Virus record (IMG/VR): IMGVR_UViG_3300008261_000059
Span: 1-64,000 of that record
DNA from: an uncultured virus (IMG/VR IMGVR_UViG_3300008261_000059)
Taxonomy: Duplodnaviria > Heunggongvirae > Uroviricota > Caudoviricetes
Length of the DNA stretch: 64,000 nt
Strand: one strand, 5' to 3'
The position numbers were made by a program, and so were the translations under genes. Under the pieces are notes generated by a model. It was not told the origin of the DNA. It made no database searches and worked only from the letters and a program-made list of their open reading frames with translations. Every line of letters begins with the position of its first letter. Within the stretch, counting starts at the first letter, position 1. This document shows, one piece after another, positions 33,001 to 40,806 of this stretch.

Positions 33001-34915
33001 TTTTACTTAAGGATAGTTTAATTTTTTTACTATCTTTGTTGTCACCTATTGTTGTAACATGATAAATTCCAGTTTTTATGCCAGAATCGCTTTGTGGAAA
33101 ATAATAAATTTTTTCTCCAGTATAAAAATTGTGAACAATGTCAGTTTCTAGAATATCTGTCTTTCCAACACCAGAAGTTGTTGATGTTTTTACAGTTTGA
33201 TTTTTTGCATAAAGTGGATAATTAGATATGCCAGATGCTGCAACATAAAATGATTTGTATGAATCATCAATATAAGTATTTTGTACTGCAACTGGAAAAG
33301 AATTTACTGATGGTGTGTGATTTACATCACTAGAACCAAGTAAAATTACTTCTTTTAATAATGTCTTTTTAGTTGCATCTAGATTAGATGACAATTCAAT
33401 TGTATTTTCAGAAATTATATTTACTATTTCTGCATCTATTTCTGGATCGTTAGATATATCAAGATTTACTAATTTAACTTTTTGTCCAATATAAAGTCTG
33501 ACATTATCATAAAATGAAACAGTATAGACTTTTCCACTAGTGTCCCCAGATTTAATTATGGATTTAATTTTGTGATTTGTAGATACATTATACAACCAAC
33601 TATAAAATTCTGGTTTATCACTTAGTTCTGCGCCAAATGAAGACAAAGATATCTTATCATTTACCAATAGATTAGAAGTACTTTGGTAATTTACTTCTCC
33701 TATTACATTAATTAATCTAAATTCTATTTTTTGATTATCTTTATCGTAAGTATAAACAAAATTAGTTTCAAAAACTTCATCACTATACTCTAAACCAACA
33801 ATTAACCCAGTAACTCCCAAAAACTGAGTATTTGTTTTACTTGTATATGTAAGTCTAACAGTAGTATTAGCAGTATTTTTTCCTTTTACTAGAATAGTTC
33901 CTGATTTTGGAAATCCTACTGTGGAATCAACATAAATCGTGCTTGAAAATGCATCAACTTTCTTTGTAATATTTGTTTTTTTAGTACTGACAAAATTAGA
34001 AATAAAAGAAGTACTATCTAAATAAATCTCATAAAGATTTTTTTCATCTACAGGTCTAAATTCAATTGAGTAAATTGAAGCACTTGAAGAACCAACTTCT
34101 CCATTATCTTGGAATAATGATGCTCTATCTGGACCACTAATTAGGAGTGGATCTGAACCACTTACTTTTTCAACAAGAATATTTTTTGTTACAAAGAAAT
34201 TATCATCAGATGGCCTTAAAATATAATCTTGTGGTTTGATTACACTGATATCAGCATTAAAAAGAATTTTAAAAAGTATTTTATATGAAGTATCTGTTCC
34301 TTTTGTTGTATAGAAATCAATAGCTCTTGATAAAATATTTTTTATCTTTACTTGAGGAATAAAATTTCTGTTCTCAAATCCTGGCAAAAATTGTGCTTTG
34401 AATTTTGTAAATAATTCTTGATAGAATAAAAGGTTTAAATTACTAACTACACTACCACTAGCATGTTCTTCTGACTGAGTTGTAGTAAAATTAAGAGAAT
34501 TTGAACTGCTTAATGTGTTTAATTGATCAATTCCAGAAAATCCACGAGAGCATCCAGTAAATGATGTGGCAGTTTTCCCAGTATATGTAATTATTTCATT
34601 ATTGATTTTTAACAGACCGTATGATTTTGGAAATCCTACAGTATGATTGACTGTAATTGTATCATCAAAAGTTAAAAGACTTTCAGTTAATTGGCATGGA
34701 ACAAATAAAGTAAAGAATAATTCGTTATTATATGTTCTTATATCTTTATATCTGTCAAGATTTGCTGCAATATCTGTTATCCCTGTTGGATATTCTTGTG
34801 AGATATAGTACTGATTTAAAAATTCTTTGAACAAAGGAGAATCTTCGTTCAAAAAAGAAGGAACTTGTGACTCAATAATATCTTGAATCCTTACTCTATC
34901 GTTAATATCTGCCAT
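27065..34915 (-). CDS. Baseplate wedge initiator gp7-like protein (N-terminal part) with YHYH-like domain
   Basis: IIESQVPSF..FKEFLNQYY, DFYTTKGTDTSYKILFKILF, HSPIIGWAYDGNPIYGPYG..GDLDEHNGRFCKTPDYPDG, QRISDNDYYQKFSYSIKS..VHPAGFKEF; follows gp6. Confidence 0.75.
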   Translation of the reverse strand: MADINDRVRIQDIIESQVPSFLNEDSPLFKEFLNQYYISQEYPTGITDIAANLDRYKDIRTYNNELFFTLFVPCQLTESLLTFDDTITVNHTVGFPKSYGLLKINNEIITYTGKTATSFTGCSRGFSGIDQLNTLSSSNSLNFTTTQSEEHASGSVVSNLNLLFYQELFTKFKAQFLPGFENRNFIPQVKIKNILSRAIDFYTTKGTDTSYKILFKILFNADISVIKPQDYILRPSDDNFFVTKNILVEKVSGSDPLLISGPDRASLFQDNGEVGSSSASIYSIEFRPVDEKNLYEIYLDSTSFISNFVSTKKTNITKKVDAFSSTIYVDSTVGFPKSGTILVKGKNTANTTVRLTYTSKTNTQFLGVTGLIVGLEYSDEVFETNFVYTYDKDNQKIEFRLINVIGEVNYQSTSNLLVNDKISLSSFGAELSDKPEFYSWLYNVSTNHKIKSIIKSGDTSGKVYTVSFYDNVRLYIGQKVKLVNLDISNDPEIDAEIVNIISENTIELSSNLDATKKTLLKEVILLGSSDVNHTPSVNSFPVAVQNTYIDDSYKSFYVAASGISNYPLYAKNQTVKTSTTSGVGKTDILETDIVHNFYTGEKIYYFPQSDSGIKTGIYHVTTIGDNKDSKKIKLSLSKSDLYSSVYIKFDRNIVSDSFVKLDYENKVVENQKLFKKFNYVKGDSTLKQVADRTTNNRQVGILINGVEIYSPTLFDENIYYGKLDGITVTNPGKGYDIINPPEIEITDVSGRNAKGYANIVGGLSEVKIVTPGVGYQIKPKITLVGGNGSGAVVEPNLVKSKINAGFKGDGSGVNPTTNTIIFSQNHNFDDGEEISYNANFNAEIFPLKTNSNYYAGVISPTQIRLYERLEDAYRKTNEVNLVGISSGFHSFITLKSKNTITEIRVKNSGSGYSNRIIKIPSILAFDEKANGVNTFDHYVFAKNHGLKDKDILRYSTTGTSISGLSTSSEYVVTVVDNNKFKLSTIGVGTQFYDVNYENKRYIRFNSLGTGTHTFSYPPIRLVVETLSGIGATSIIEPQFEPIVLGSIDSIFIEDSGVGYGVSNIVNFHRRPDIRVKPIISEALLKPIVLNGTIVDIQFLSYGSGYDKGIDIIVNGKGSFADIRPVIENGRLVAVNIANGGIGYDKDTTSITIKRRGSDAKFIGDVFEWKINQVEKNKKLLEIQDQAFIVPSKNKDLGLQVVNFYPPRLLRKSIKDHLDSSNRETPNNIHSPIIGWAYDGNPIYGPYGQVGSEIRKIRSSYTKRVEPDKNIRPNLPDGFFTQDFYYDRAIGDLDEHNGRFCKTPDYPDGIYAYFATIDNSAISIPEFPYMIGNYFRDYVIPENYASIFNQDIDLESLNLIRNIGPYYINSGNSNYDLISNTDKKYKQEFTVTKTLSSSIDGVQIYSDGSGYKVGDNVVFDNRNTSGSGASAAVSRIKGKPIKSIVVGIKTSLDVSFYTYGNNVVGVTQEPHQLITGDKITISAISNSNYSYFEGIKDIFVSQKTVGLSTNIPILVVSGETTSIIVNDVSGFEVDDFVSIGSEILKITNISVEKSELTVNRLQNAGVHTVGIDSVKLLPRKFTFSVADQKYPIKKNDVVYFSPKTFVGFGSTGENYTLSDQTNLNVPDRSIYIKNHNFYTGQLVKYNVGFAGTGMIVSNTITQADAFTLQDNQNIYIVNRGQDYIGLSTVGYTTSTGIGSSLSSLYFFDDISVTGLAHSLTTTYEKVIGKVENFSLNVETTETHGLGNSDEITFNLLPRLVDTFKLRYDTNIRKITTEVKSFNTSVAISTETSEIYLPGNNYVTGDKIVYYNDGNTTIGGLQTNETYYIIKQKPDYIKLSNYYDSSKSGVSISLTSQGSGVQSIALVNPPLASTKGNIIEFDLSDSSLSGMDLKLYKDGNILIEVESYKYTRNAIDAGVSGAKLRIDTTDKSITNTLFYNLIPLSPSVLEKYQISIDKEVIGYNKISLNPSIYNQSYSVVSTGSTSFKFILNQKPEYFSYNANSGITTIFYDTDSKNTSGPISNIKLNFGGKGYKKVPRISSITSVSGKDAILKAFSNSIGKIDYIERIKDGFDYPTDPTLKPVLSVPTVCQIKNISRVDYIGITTGGKGYNTAPVLKVVGNDNIKLKANIQGGTVTSVDILENVTNMSAPLSVIPTRNSNGYDIDDIVYNPSTNEVTLELVNSDNQLYPLIANQYGNQETVFPFKVGDKIFVENCRITDGNQKNNYNSANHSYKFFTITGISTTNFTITYSMNGISNNLGEYTTDNNYGYVINENVMAKFEMKLIDDLGYYSGENVVGYDSNGIAVFSAVVMESGWDNDINQLRLIDSKGELEVGNRLLGTRSLLNGIVENVNQFNLISSLNVTRDKINDFTDKIGYLNDFQQRISDNDYYQKFSYSIKSQIPYTDWKEPIRSLVHPAGFKEFSDLDIIGKASNNMKVGVGDSSLNVLINVDSVESMYNRYNFSMVTEDELLPDGSIERVFFPTGVSLKSYILSKTNKVVPIDDISGQFTGFTTTTGGQIVGLTTFKLKNRGTPLFYREFQGNDSSIIDLSNNKFKLRNNNFQSGQKLFYSVVKADGTANVGVNTIFDAGFSYPGISSYFDSPIVSFDSSTIKMSSN

Positions 34916-34916
34916 T

Positions 34917-36803
34917 TTATCTAGTATATGCTCCGTTTGAATAACTTGAAGTTACAATATATTCAGTTGCAGAAGTATTTTCTCCTGAACTAATTCTATC
35001 TTCAATCATATTGACTACAAGATTATCAATGCTTAATTCTAAGTATATATCTTGCAATGCAATCACATCATTTGATTCTGGTATTGCTTGGACTTCAATA
35101 CCATTTGGTTTCAAGGAACTAGTAATATTAACTGTATCTAAGTATACTTCACCTTTCTTATAATAAACAACTCCTGCATTATTTTTTACAATAAAGGGGA
35201 TATTATCTTTTAGTGTAAAATAGAAAATAGTTCCACTTGTTTCATCAATTGGAACATCACTCATGTATACAGTTCCTTCCACATCTTTAATTGTGAAACC
35301 AGAAGATTTTATATTATATCCTCTATTGTCTAAAGGATTATTTTTCTTAATATGAAAAGCATTACCAAAACAAAGTTCATAAGTAGCAAATTGATTAAAT
35401 GCTGGCTGCAAATCTCTTCGCATTTTAACTTTTGTGATGTTAGAAGTAATTGAAGAACTTATATCATCAATCAATGCATTTACTTTACTGTATTTAAATC
35501 TCCCACCAAAATTATTTAAATCATAAGATTTACCGTAAGCAGTAAGAGTTTCAATAACTTTATTTCTAAGTATTGAGGTATCTGCAACTGAACTCTTGTC
35601 ATAATATACACTTGTATTAAGTTCTACATACAAATATTTCAAGTCAACTAATTCTGGTTTGATACCAGCAATTGAATATTGCTTTAATTGCTTCTTAATT
35701 TCTTCTTTTGAGATTCTTGATAAGAATTTTCCTTGTCTTGGTTTTACTGATATAAAAACTTTTCCGTATTGTGGTGGATCCAATTCATCACCACCATAAG
35801 CAGTTACAGATTCAACATTGGGGAATATAAAAGGAATTAATCCTTTGTAATCATTTGCAGTAACTGCTCTATACTGAGATGAATAGACTCTTGGTGCAAG
35901 ATATTTAATCGAGTCAATTTTTTCAATATCATCACCGTTTTCAGATGGTAATGTTGTAGTGAGTGGTGATATTCCTGATGTAATTCTATTTTGATTATTA
36001 TCTTCTAAAATTCCAGAGAAGTTAAAGTTAGCACATCCGTTTCCTGCTTTTCCATTTGTCAGAATATAACTTACAAAAATAGAACTTCCAGATGCTGGTC
36101 TTTTGCCGAATACATTATCTCCAAATAATAATTCGTATTTTTCATCTTCAACCTCTTGAACTAAAAATATTTTAGAATTAGCATCAATGTTTAGGATATT
36201 TGAGTATTGATTATATTCTTCATTTGCTAAGTCAGTTACAAATACACGAATACTTGTAGTGTCAACAGATGGATTTGGAATAACAAATTTTTGATCTGGC
36301 TGTGAACTATCTACAATAAAACTTTTTGTTAAAAATGTTCCTTCCCATAATTCAATATCTGTAAAGTATGCGTACCCTGCTGCATCTACTGTTACAGTAA
36401 TGTCTTCTGGGATTGAAAATACATAATTTCCACTTTCAATCGCACCTAAACCAATTACTCCTGCTTTGAGTGTAACTGATTTTACATCTAAAAATCCAGA
36501 GGTATTTACAGAAAAACTAACTCTTGCTTTTGATGCTCTTCTTGACCTTGGAACATATCCAATATTACGTGCCAAAGAAACAACATTCTCACGTAAAGTC
36601 GCACTATCAAGAAACGACTCATTCACCGTCATATTCGTATTGAATGACGTAATATAAGAATTATATGCTAAGACATCAATCAATACAGAAAAATTAGAAC
36701 CCTCGAAGTCAAAATCTGTAAAATTACTATTTGCTCTTAGATAATCTTTGATTTGTGTTCTTAGATCCTGAAAATCTAAGTTTGTGAATTGATTGAATGA
36801 CAT
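34917..36803 (-). CDS. gp6: Baseplate wedge subunit gp6
   Basis: LDFQDLRTQIKDYLR..FTDFDFEGSNFSVLIDVLAYN, FLDSATLRENVVSLARNIGYVPRS, QYRAVTANDY, PPQYGKVFISVKP. Confidence 0.92.
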   Translation of the reverse strand: MSFNQFTNLDFQDLRTQIKDYLRANSNFTDFDFEGSNFSVLIDVLAYNSYITSFNTNMTVNESFLDSATLRENVVSLARNIGYVPRSRRASKARVSFSVNTSGFLDVKSVTLKAGVIGLGAIESGNYVFSIPEDITVTVDAAGYAYFTDIELWEGTFLTKSFIVDSSQPDQKFVIPNPSVDTTSIRVFVTDLANEEYNQYSNILNIDANSKIFLVQEVEDEKYELLFGDNVFGKRPASGSSIFVSYILTNGKAGNGCANFNFSGILEDNNQNRITSGISPLTTTLPSENGDDIEKIDSIKYLAPRVYSSQYRAVTANDYKGLIPFIFPNVESVTAYGGDELDPPQYGKVFISVKPRQGKFLSRISKEEIKKQLKQYSIAGIKPELVDLKYLYVELNTSVYYDKSSVADTSILRNKVIETLTAYGKSYDLNNFGGRFKYSKVNALIDDISSSITSNITKVKMRRDLQPAFNQFATYELCFGNAFHIKKNNPLDNRGYNIKSSGFTIKDVEGTVYMSDVPIDETSGTIFYFTLKDNIPFIVKNNAGVVYYKKGEVYLDTVNITSSLKPNGIEVQAIPESNDVIALQDIYLELSIDNLVVNMIEDRISSGENTSATEYIVTSSYSNGAYTR

Positions 36804-37204
36804 TATATTCTAGTTGGTAGTAAAAGAAACTCTATGTTTTGCTTGGGAAATCCTAGACCAACAATATCATATTCAACTTCAACATTTATTTGATTATCAT
36901 CTGGTAGAGGTATTACTTTGATATCTCTTAATACAATTCTTGGTTCAAAGTTTTTTAACACACTCATGATTTCTTCCCTCATAATGATTGCGATTTCTTC
37001 GTCAACCATCTCAAATAAATTTCTTGTTACGGAAGTTCCGAGTAAAGGGTTAAAATACCTCTCACCAAGAATTGTTCTAACCAAGTTTGTAACAGATTTC
37101 TTGATAGCATCTTCATTTTTGATGACTAAAATATCATTAGTTACAGGATGCTTAGCAAAAGATAAACTAATATCTTTAAATGCTCTAGAAATCCTTGTGG
37201 CCAT
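36803..37204 (-). CDS. gp25: Baseplate wedge subunit gp25
   Basis: FKDISLSF..HPVTND..NEDAIKKSVTNLVRT..GERYFNP..G..FEPRI. Confidence 0.92.
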   Translation of the reverse strand: MATRISRAFKDISLSFAKHPVTNDILVIKNEDAIKKSVTNLVRTILGERYFNPLLGTSVTRNLFEMVDEEIAIIMREEIMSVLKNFEPRIVLRDIKVIPLPDDNQINVEVEYDIVGLGFPKQNIEFLLLPTRI

Positions 37205-37240
37205 TAAGATTAAAGTGTATTTAATATATCTATAACACTT

Positions 37241-37483
37241 TTAGATCACTTTTTTACCATATGAAGGTTCAGTTCCATATTCCCAATCATCATAATCTTC
37301 GTCATTTCTAATCTTTTCATGCAATTCAGTTTGCTTCTTTAAATCATGCTTCATCATATCATCATGCATGATTTCTGAAATGACTCTTGGTTGCACTGAT
37401 TCTTGGTAATCTGTAACTAAATGTGTAGTGCCCCACATTTGATACATGTAGTTTTTGTCTCTATCAACTGGTAAGTTAGACAT
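37241..37483 (-). CDS. Conserved cyanophage hypothetical protein
   Basis: MWGTTHLVTDY...HEKIRNDEDYDDWEYGTEPSYG; AGGAG ribosome-binding site; late promoter at 37550-37556. Confidence 0.7.
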   Translation of the reverse strand: MSNLPVDRDKNYMYQMWGTTHLVTDYQESVQPRVISEIMHDDMMKHDLKKQTELHEKIRNDEDYDDWEYGTEPSYGKKVI

Positions 37484-37552
37484 GTTAGCTCCTGTTTTTT
37501 AATAAAAACAGAACTTTTTTTTGTAGGAGGTTGCTATCTCCTCTAAAACTAT

Positions 37553-37894
37553 TTAACGCAGTACATGTCTTAGGGTATAATTTTCTGAATTTAGATATTT
37601 CAACATCTCTAATGCGATTAATTTTGGATTTCCTGGTCCACAAGTATAAACATCAACGGCAATACAACCTTCTTCTGGCCATGTATGGCAAGAAACATGA
37701 CTTTCTGACAGTGCCATTACGATTGTAACACCTTGAGGTACAAAACAATGCTGATAAATGTTTAGAATCGTCATTCCAGCACGTTTAACCCCACTTTCCA
37801 TTGCTTCCTGAATGGATATTCCATCGTTAAGTAAGTCAAACTTAACGTCGTAGACCTCCAACAGGAGGTGATTCCCCATCGAAAACTTCTCCAA
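37553..37894 (-). CDS. speD: S-adenosylmethionine decarboxylase proenzyme
   Basis: GNHLLLEVY, FVPQGVT, self-cleavage motif LSESHVSCHTWPE, AVDVYTCG. Confidence 0.92.
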   Translation of the reverse strand: MEKFSMGNHLLLEVYDVKFDLLNDGISIQEAMESGVKRAGMTILNIYQHCFVPQGVTIVMALSESHVSCHTWPEEGCIAVDVYTCGPGNPKLIALEMLKYLNSENYTLRHVLR

Positions 37895-37929
37895 CTCGCA
37901 TAAACCTCCAATTTTCCCCGAAGAACTAT

Positions 37930-38529
37930 TTATTTGACGTAAATGCCACGTCTTCCATACGTATTATACTCAGAATCCTTGATAAAACTAGGATTTTCAC
38001 AAAAATTATCATCCCAAATTGGAATTGCGACCTCATTTTCATACCTAAAATCAGGATTTTGTCTTACATGCACTTCAATTAGGTTACCATCAATGAATTC
38101 ACAGTTAATCCAGTCATAATTTCCCTTTAAATTCTCTAAAACTGAAGGGAAACTCACTTCTCTATCGATTTTTTCCCATTTTTGCCACTTGTAAAGAGGG
38201 TCATTGTCATCTTTGGTGCCTCTTACAACCAATTTTGCCTCTTGATAGTGAAAATCGACACTTAAGTGCTCTCCTTTAAACACCTCACACCAAAAATTAG
38301 ACGGATAGAAGTGATCTGTAGAGTCTTCTATCCATATAATCTCAGCAAATCGACCCATTCCAAGGAAATTGATGGATGGTCGAACAATATAAAAGTCGGA
38401 TTTAGGTACTTTTGCTCCAACTGGACCACAGTTGTACCCTAAAATCCGACTTAATTGTAATTTATTGTATATCCACAGATCGTCATGATGAATTGCATTC
38501 CACTCATCATTAACGTCTAGGTGATACAT
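37930..38529 (-). CDS. Conserved phage protein, possible truncated ATP-grasp fold
   Basis: YIVRPSINFLGMGRFA, FWCEVFKGEHLSVDF, INCEFIDGNLIEVHVRQNPDF. Confidence 0.55.
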   Translation of the reverse strand: MYHLDVNDEWNAIHHDDLWIYNKLQLSRILGYNCGPVGAKVPKSDFYIVRPSINFLGMGRFAEIIWIEDSTDHFYPSNFWCEVFKGEHLSVDFHYQEAKLVVRGTKDDNDPLYKWQKWEKIDREVSFPSVLENLKGNYDWINCEFIDGNLIEVHVRQNPDFRYENEVAIPIWDDNFCENPSFIKDSEYNTYGRRGIYVK

Positions 38530-38675
38530 TACCCTTTTCCTTGTCCACGATACTTTTTACGTGCCTTATTACGACTCGTAGCACTATATTTAGTATTGCG
38601 ACCTGCACCTTGAAGAGTTAGCTTGGGTTTTGATTCGACTTTAGCACCACCTTTTGCACTTTTCTTCACTGCCAT
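38529..38675 (-). CDS. Small basic protein (48 aa)
   Basis: Read manually: MAVKKSAKGGAKVESKPKLTLQGAGRNTKYSATSRNKARKKYRGQGKG; its stop overlaps the next ATG. Confidence 0.7.
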   Translation of the reverse strand: MAVKKSAKGGAKVESKPKLTLQGAGRNTKYSATSRNKARKKYRGQGKG

Positions 38676-38734
38676 TGTAAAAATCTCCTAGTTGGTTTTC
38701 GTTTACGGTTTTTTTAACGGGTTTTTTAAGACTT

Positions 38735-38777
38735 AAAAATGCCCTTGAAGGACTCCTAAAAATCTTTCAAGGGCATT
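38735..38777 (-). terminator. Rho-independent terminator
   Basis: 12-bp inverted repeat aatgcccttgaa/ttcaagggcatt followed by a T-run on the minus strand. Confidence 0.65.
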
Positions 38778-38827
38778 CTATCAAAAGTTTCTTAGAACGT
38801 CAAGAAGACACTCTCAGAAGGGGTACA

Positions 38828-39457
38828 TCAGATGATTCGAGTCTTCTCGTGACCAACACGAATCAGAGGATTACACCAAATCTCAAATCCTGCTTCCTTC
38901 GCATCAAGACAGAAGGAAACATCCTCTCCACACATATCTTGAACTTCTCCAGATTCAAACTGTTGCATCTTAGGTGCAAACCAAGGATACTCAAGAGATT
39001 CAAAGACACCTTTCTTAATCAACACCCAACCAAATCCAGTGTAATCAACTGTAAATGGTCCAGCAGCAATATCTTTATCCATTGCTACAAGACGATAGAA
39101 CTTCTCAGTGTCAAACACAATGTCGTTATCAATCCAGAGTTGATAATCATATTCAAGTTTACCATCCCAAGGTTGCTGCCTAGGTCCTCTGAGAACATTT
39201 GCTCCAAGTACTTTGCATCGTGCAAAGTTTACCATTGAACTATAGTCCTGTGAAATCTGAATACTCGCACCTGCTTGTACCAAATCAAAACACAATTGAA
39301 CAAATGCCTTCAGAAAAATATATGAACAACCTCTACCTGGTAGACAAAAGACAATGGATTTTCCTTTTACCATTTCTTTTGCTTCTTCTAAATTAAATTC
39401 ATCAACAACTTTCTTAGTCGTCGGTGCGCTTGCTTTAATCGTAAATCCTTTTGCCAT
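38828..39457 (-). CDS. GT-A fold (glycosyltransferase family 2-like) conserved cyanophage protein
   Basis: SSMVNFARCK, YDYQLWIDNDIVF (DxD), VDYTGFGWVLIKKGVFE, GEDVSFC, VGHEK. Confidence 0.75.
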   Translation of the reverse strand: MAKGFTIKASAPTTKKVVDEFNLEEAKEMVKGKSIVFCLPGRGCSYIFLKAFVQLCFDLVQAGASIQISQDYSSMVNFARCKVLGANVLRGPRQQPWDGKLEYDYQLWIDNDIVFDTEKFYRLVAMDKDIAAGPFTVDYTGFGWVLIKKGVFESLEYPWFAPKMQQFESGEVQDMCGEDVSFCLDAKEAGFEIWCNPLIRVGHEKTRII

Positions 39458-39480
39458 AAAAAAATAATTTCGACGTTTAC

Positions 39481-39509
39481 ATTATACCACTACAAATCAA
39501 TCATTGCAA
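39481..39509 (-). promoter_or_regulatory. Sigma70-type promoter
   Basis: TTGCAA-N17-TATAAT with an extended TG, upstream of the ATG at 39457. Confidence 0.7.
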
Positions 39510-39668
39510 TGGGTCTTCCCTATTATTTAGAATTACTTTGATATCCTCATTATTTCCACCAGAAGTCCATACAAGTCCTCTGACTTGATTCAAAGTCACC
39601 TCTAAATCTTCTGGATTTACTTTTTCTACAATCGTAACTCCATTTACTTCAATATTATACGTAGTCAT
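39501..39668 (-). CDS. Hypothetical protein (55 aa)
   Basis: Read manually: MTTYNIEVNGVTIVEKVNPEDLEVTLNQVRGLVWTSGGNNEDIKVILNNREDPLQ. Confidence 0.55.
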   Translation of the reverse strand: MTTYNIEVNGVTIVEKVNPEDLEVTLNQVRGLVWTSGGNNEDIKVILNNREDPLQ

Positions 39669-39807
39669 CAGTTTCTTCTACTTTGAAGAGCAACTCTTCA
39701 AGTTCTTCCCTGAGAATTTCATTTGAATTTGCTGTCTTGTCCGTTTCGAGTCGGAATTGTATGCATTCAATCAACAACTCTCTCTCATAGTCTGTAACTT
39801 CTAACAT
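39655..39807 (-). CDS. Hypothetical acidic protein
   Basis: MLEVTDYERELLIECIQFRLE...; AGAGG upstream of this ATG; the track's extension to 39966 is doubtful. Confidence 0.5.
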   Translation of the reverse strand: MLEVTDYERELLIECIQFRLETDKTANSNEILREELEELLFKVEETDDYV

Positions 39808-40017
39808 ATCCTCTATAAGTTCTCCGAGGGTCACTCCGAGGTATTCTAACTCTTCCCTATGGGTGGTTCTCGTACTTAGAGAATTTTTTTTTCTCAAAGA
39901 CAAACTCAATGGCAAAATCATACTTTTATAGATTAGGGTAGTTATGCGTTTTTCTTTTTGGGGCATCGGTTCTTAATACTTTACACCATCAATCGCAACA
40001 TACTGTCCATAAGAATC

Positions 40018-40258
40018 AAACAACACTGTTTAATTAGAATAGACGAAGCACCACGAATAAGAACAAAACAGTGCTGTTTAATTATAATAAAATAGTATTA
40101 CCCAGGTATAGGATAAACGAAACCTCCGATTATTCTGTAAGAACAGTGCTGTTTAATTAGAATTAATAACTATACCCCAGGTATCATAATACTCGAAGAC
40201 CACCGAGTTGTCAATGCATAAGGACTAAACATAAAGGACGAAACAGTGCTGTTTAATT
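40018..40258. repeat. Four iteron-like palindromic repeats AAACAGTGCTGTTT-AATT
   Basis: Copies at 40018 (variant), 40066, 40141 and 40241. Confidence 0.85.
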
Positions 40259-40293
40259 CTTATAATTAAACTGTATGGGAGGTATATAATACC

Positions 40294-40355
40294 TGTGGAA
40301 AACTCTTATACTTTTTCCACAACCCTGTGGAAAACTATGTGGAAACTGTGGAAAA
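40294..40355. promoter_or_regulatory. DnaA-box-like cluster 1
   Basis: TTTTCCACA or TGTGGAAAA at 40294, 40313, 40326 and 40347, plus a one-mismatch copy at 40338. Confidence 0.65.
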
Positions 40356-40430
40356 CTTTATATCGAACCCCTGTGTAATACTTATAAACATCTAGGAGAT
40401 ATAACGAATTCCCTCTCCTCCCGCCCTATA

Positions 40431-40489
40431 AATCTAGCACGAACTGCATAAGACTCATAAGACGAATGGACAGTGCTCAAAGTGTCCTT
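40431..40489 (-). promoter_or_regulatory. Early-type promoter with palindromic element (no downstream ORF)
   Basis: atggaca-N10-tgtcctt at 40466-40489; -10 TGcTAGATT 29 bp away. Confidence 0.55.
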
Positions 40490-40672
40490 GGACGAATAAA
40501 TCTCATAAGTCTTCCGAGTCTCATGGACGAACAAATAAAAATCCTCCGAGTCTCATAAGACGTATGAGTTCTCAGAGTCTTATAAGGTATTATAATACAC
40601 GAACCCCTTGACATCACTGTAAAGTTGTGCTGGGAATTATCGTGTGCCAGTTCTCAGAGTGGATTTTTGCCC

Positions 40673-40701
40673 TTGACTTTTCTAGGGTTTTATGATACAA
40701 T
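40673..40701 (+). promoter_or_regulatory. Sigma70-type promoter on + strand
   Basis: TTGACT-N17-TACAAT with an extended TG. Confidence 0.7.
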
Positions 40702-40806
40702 GCACGCTTAGACGGCAATAAGATCACATAATAACTCACATTTATCAGAGTATTAAATCACATAATAACTCAGATTAAATCAGAGAAGAAAGGGTATTTA
40801 TATAAG

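Noticed and set aside
40018..40290. CRISPR mini-array
   Set aside because: Repeats are only about 18 bp, spacing is irregular (48/75/100), the intervening sequences are partly similar to each other, and no cas genes are present
40643..40666. A 16th copy of the early-promoter palindrome
   Set aside because: Only the left arm matches, and there is no -10 hexamer at the conserved 28-30 bp distance
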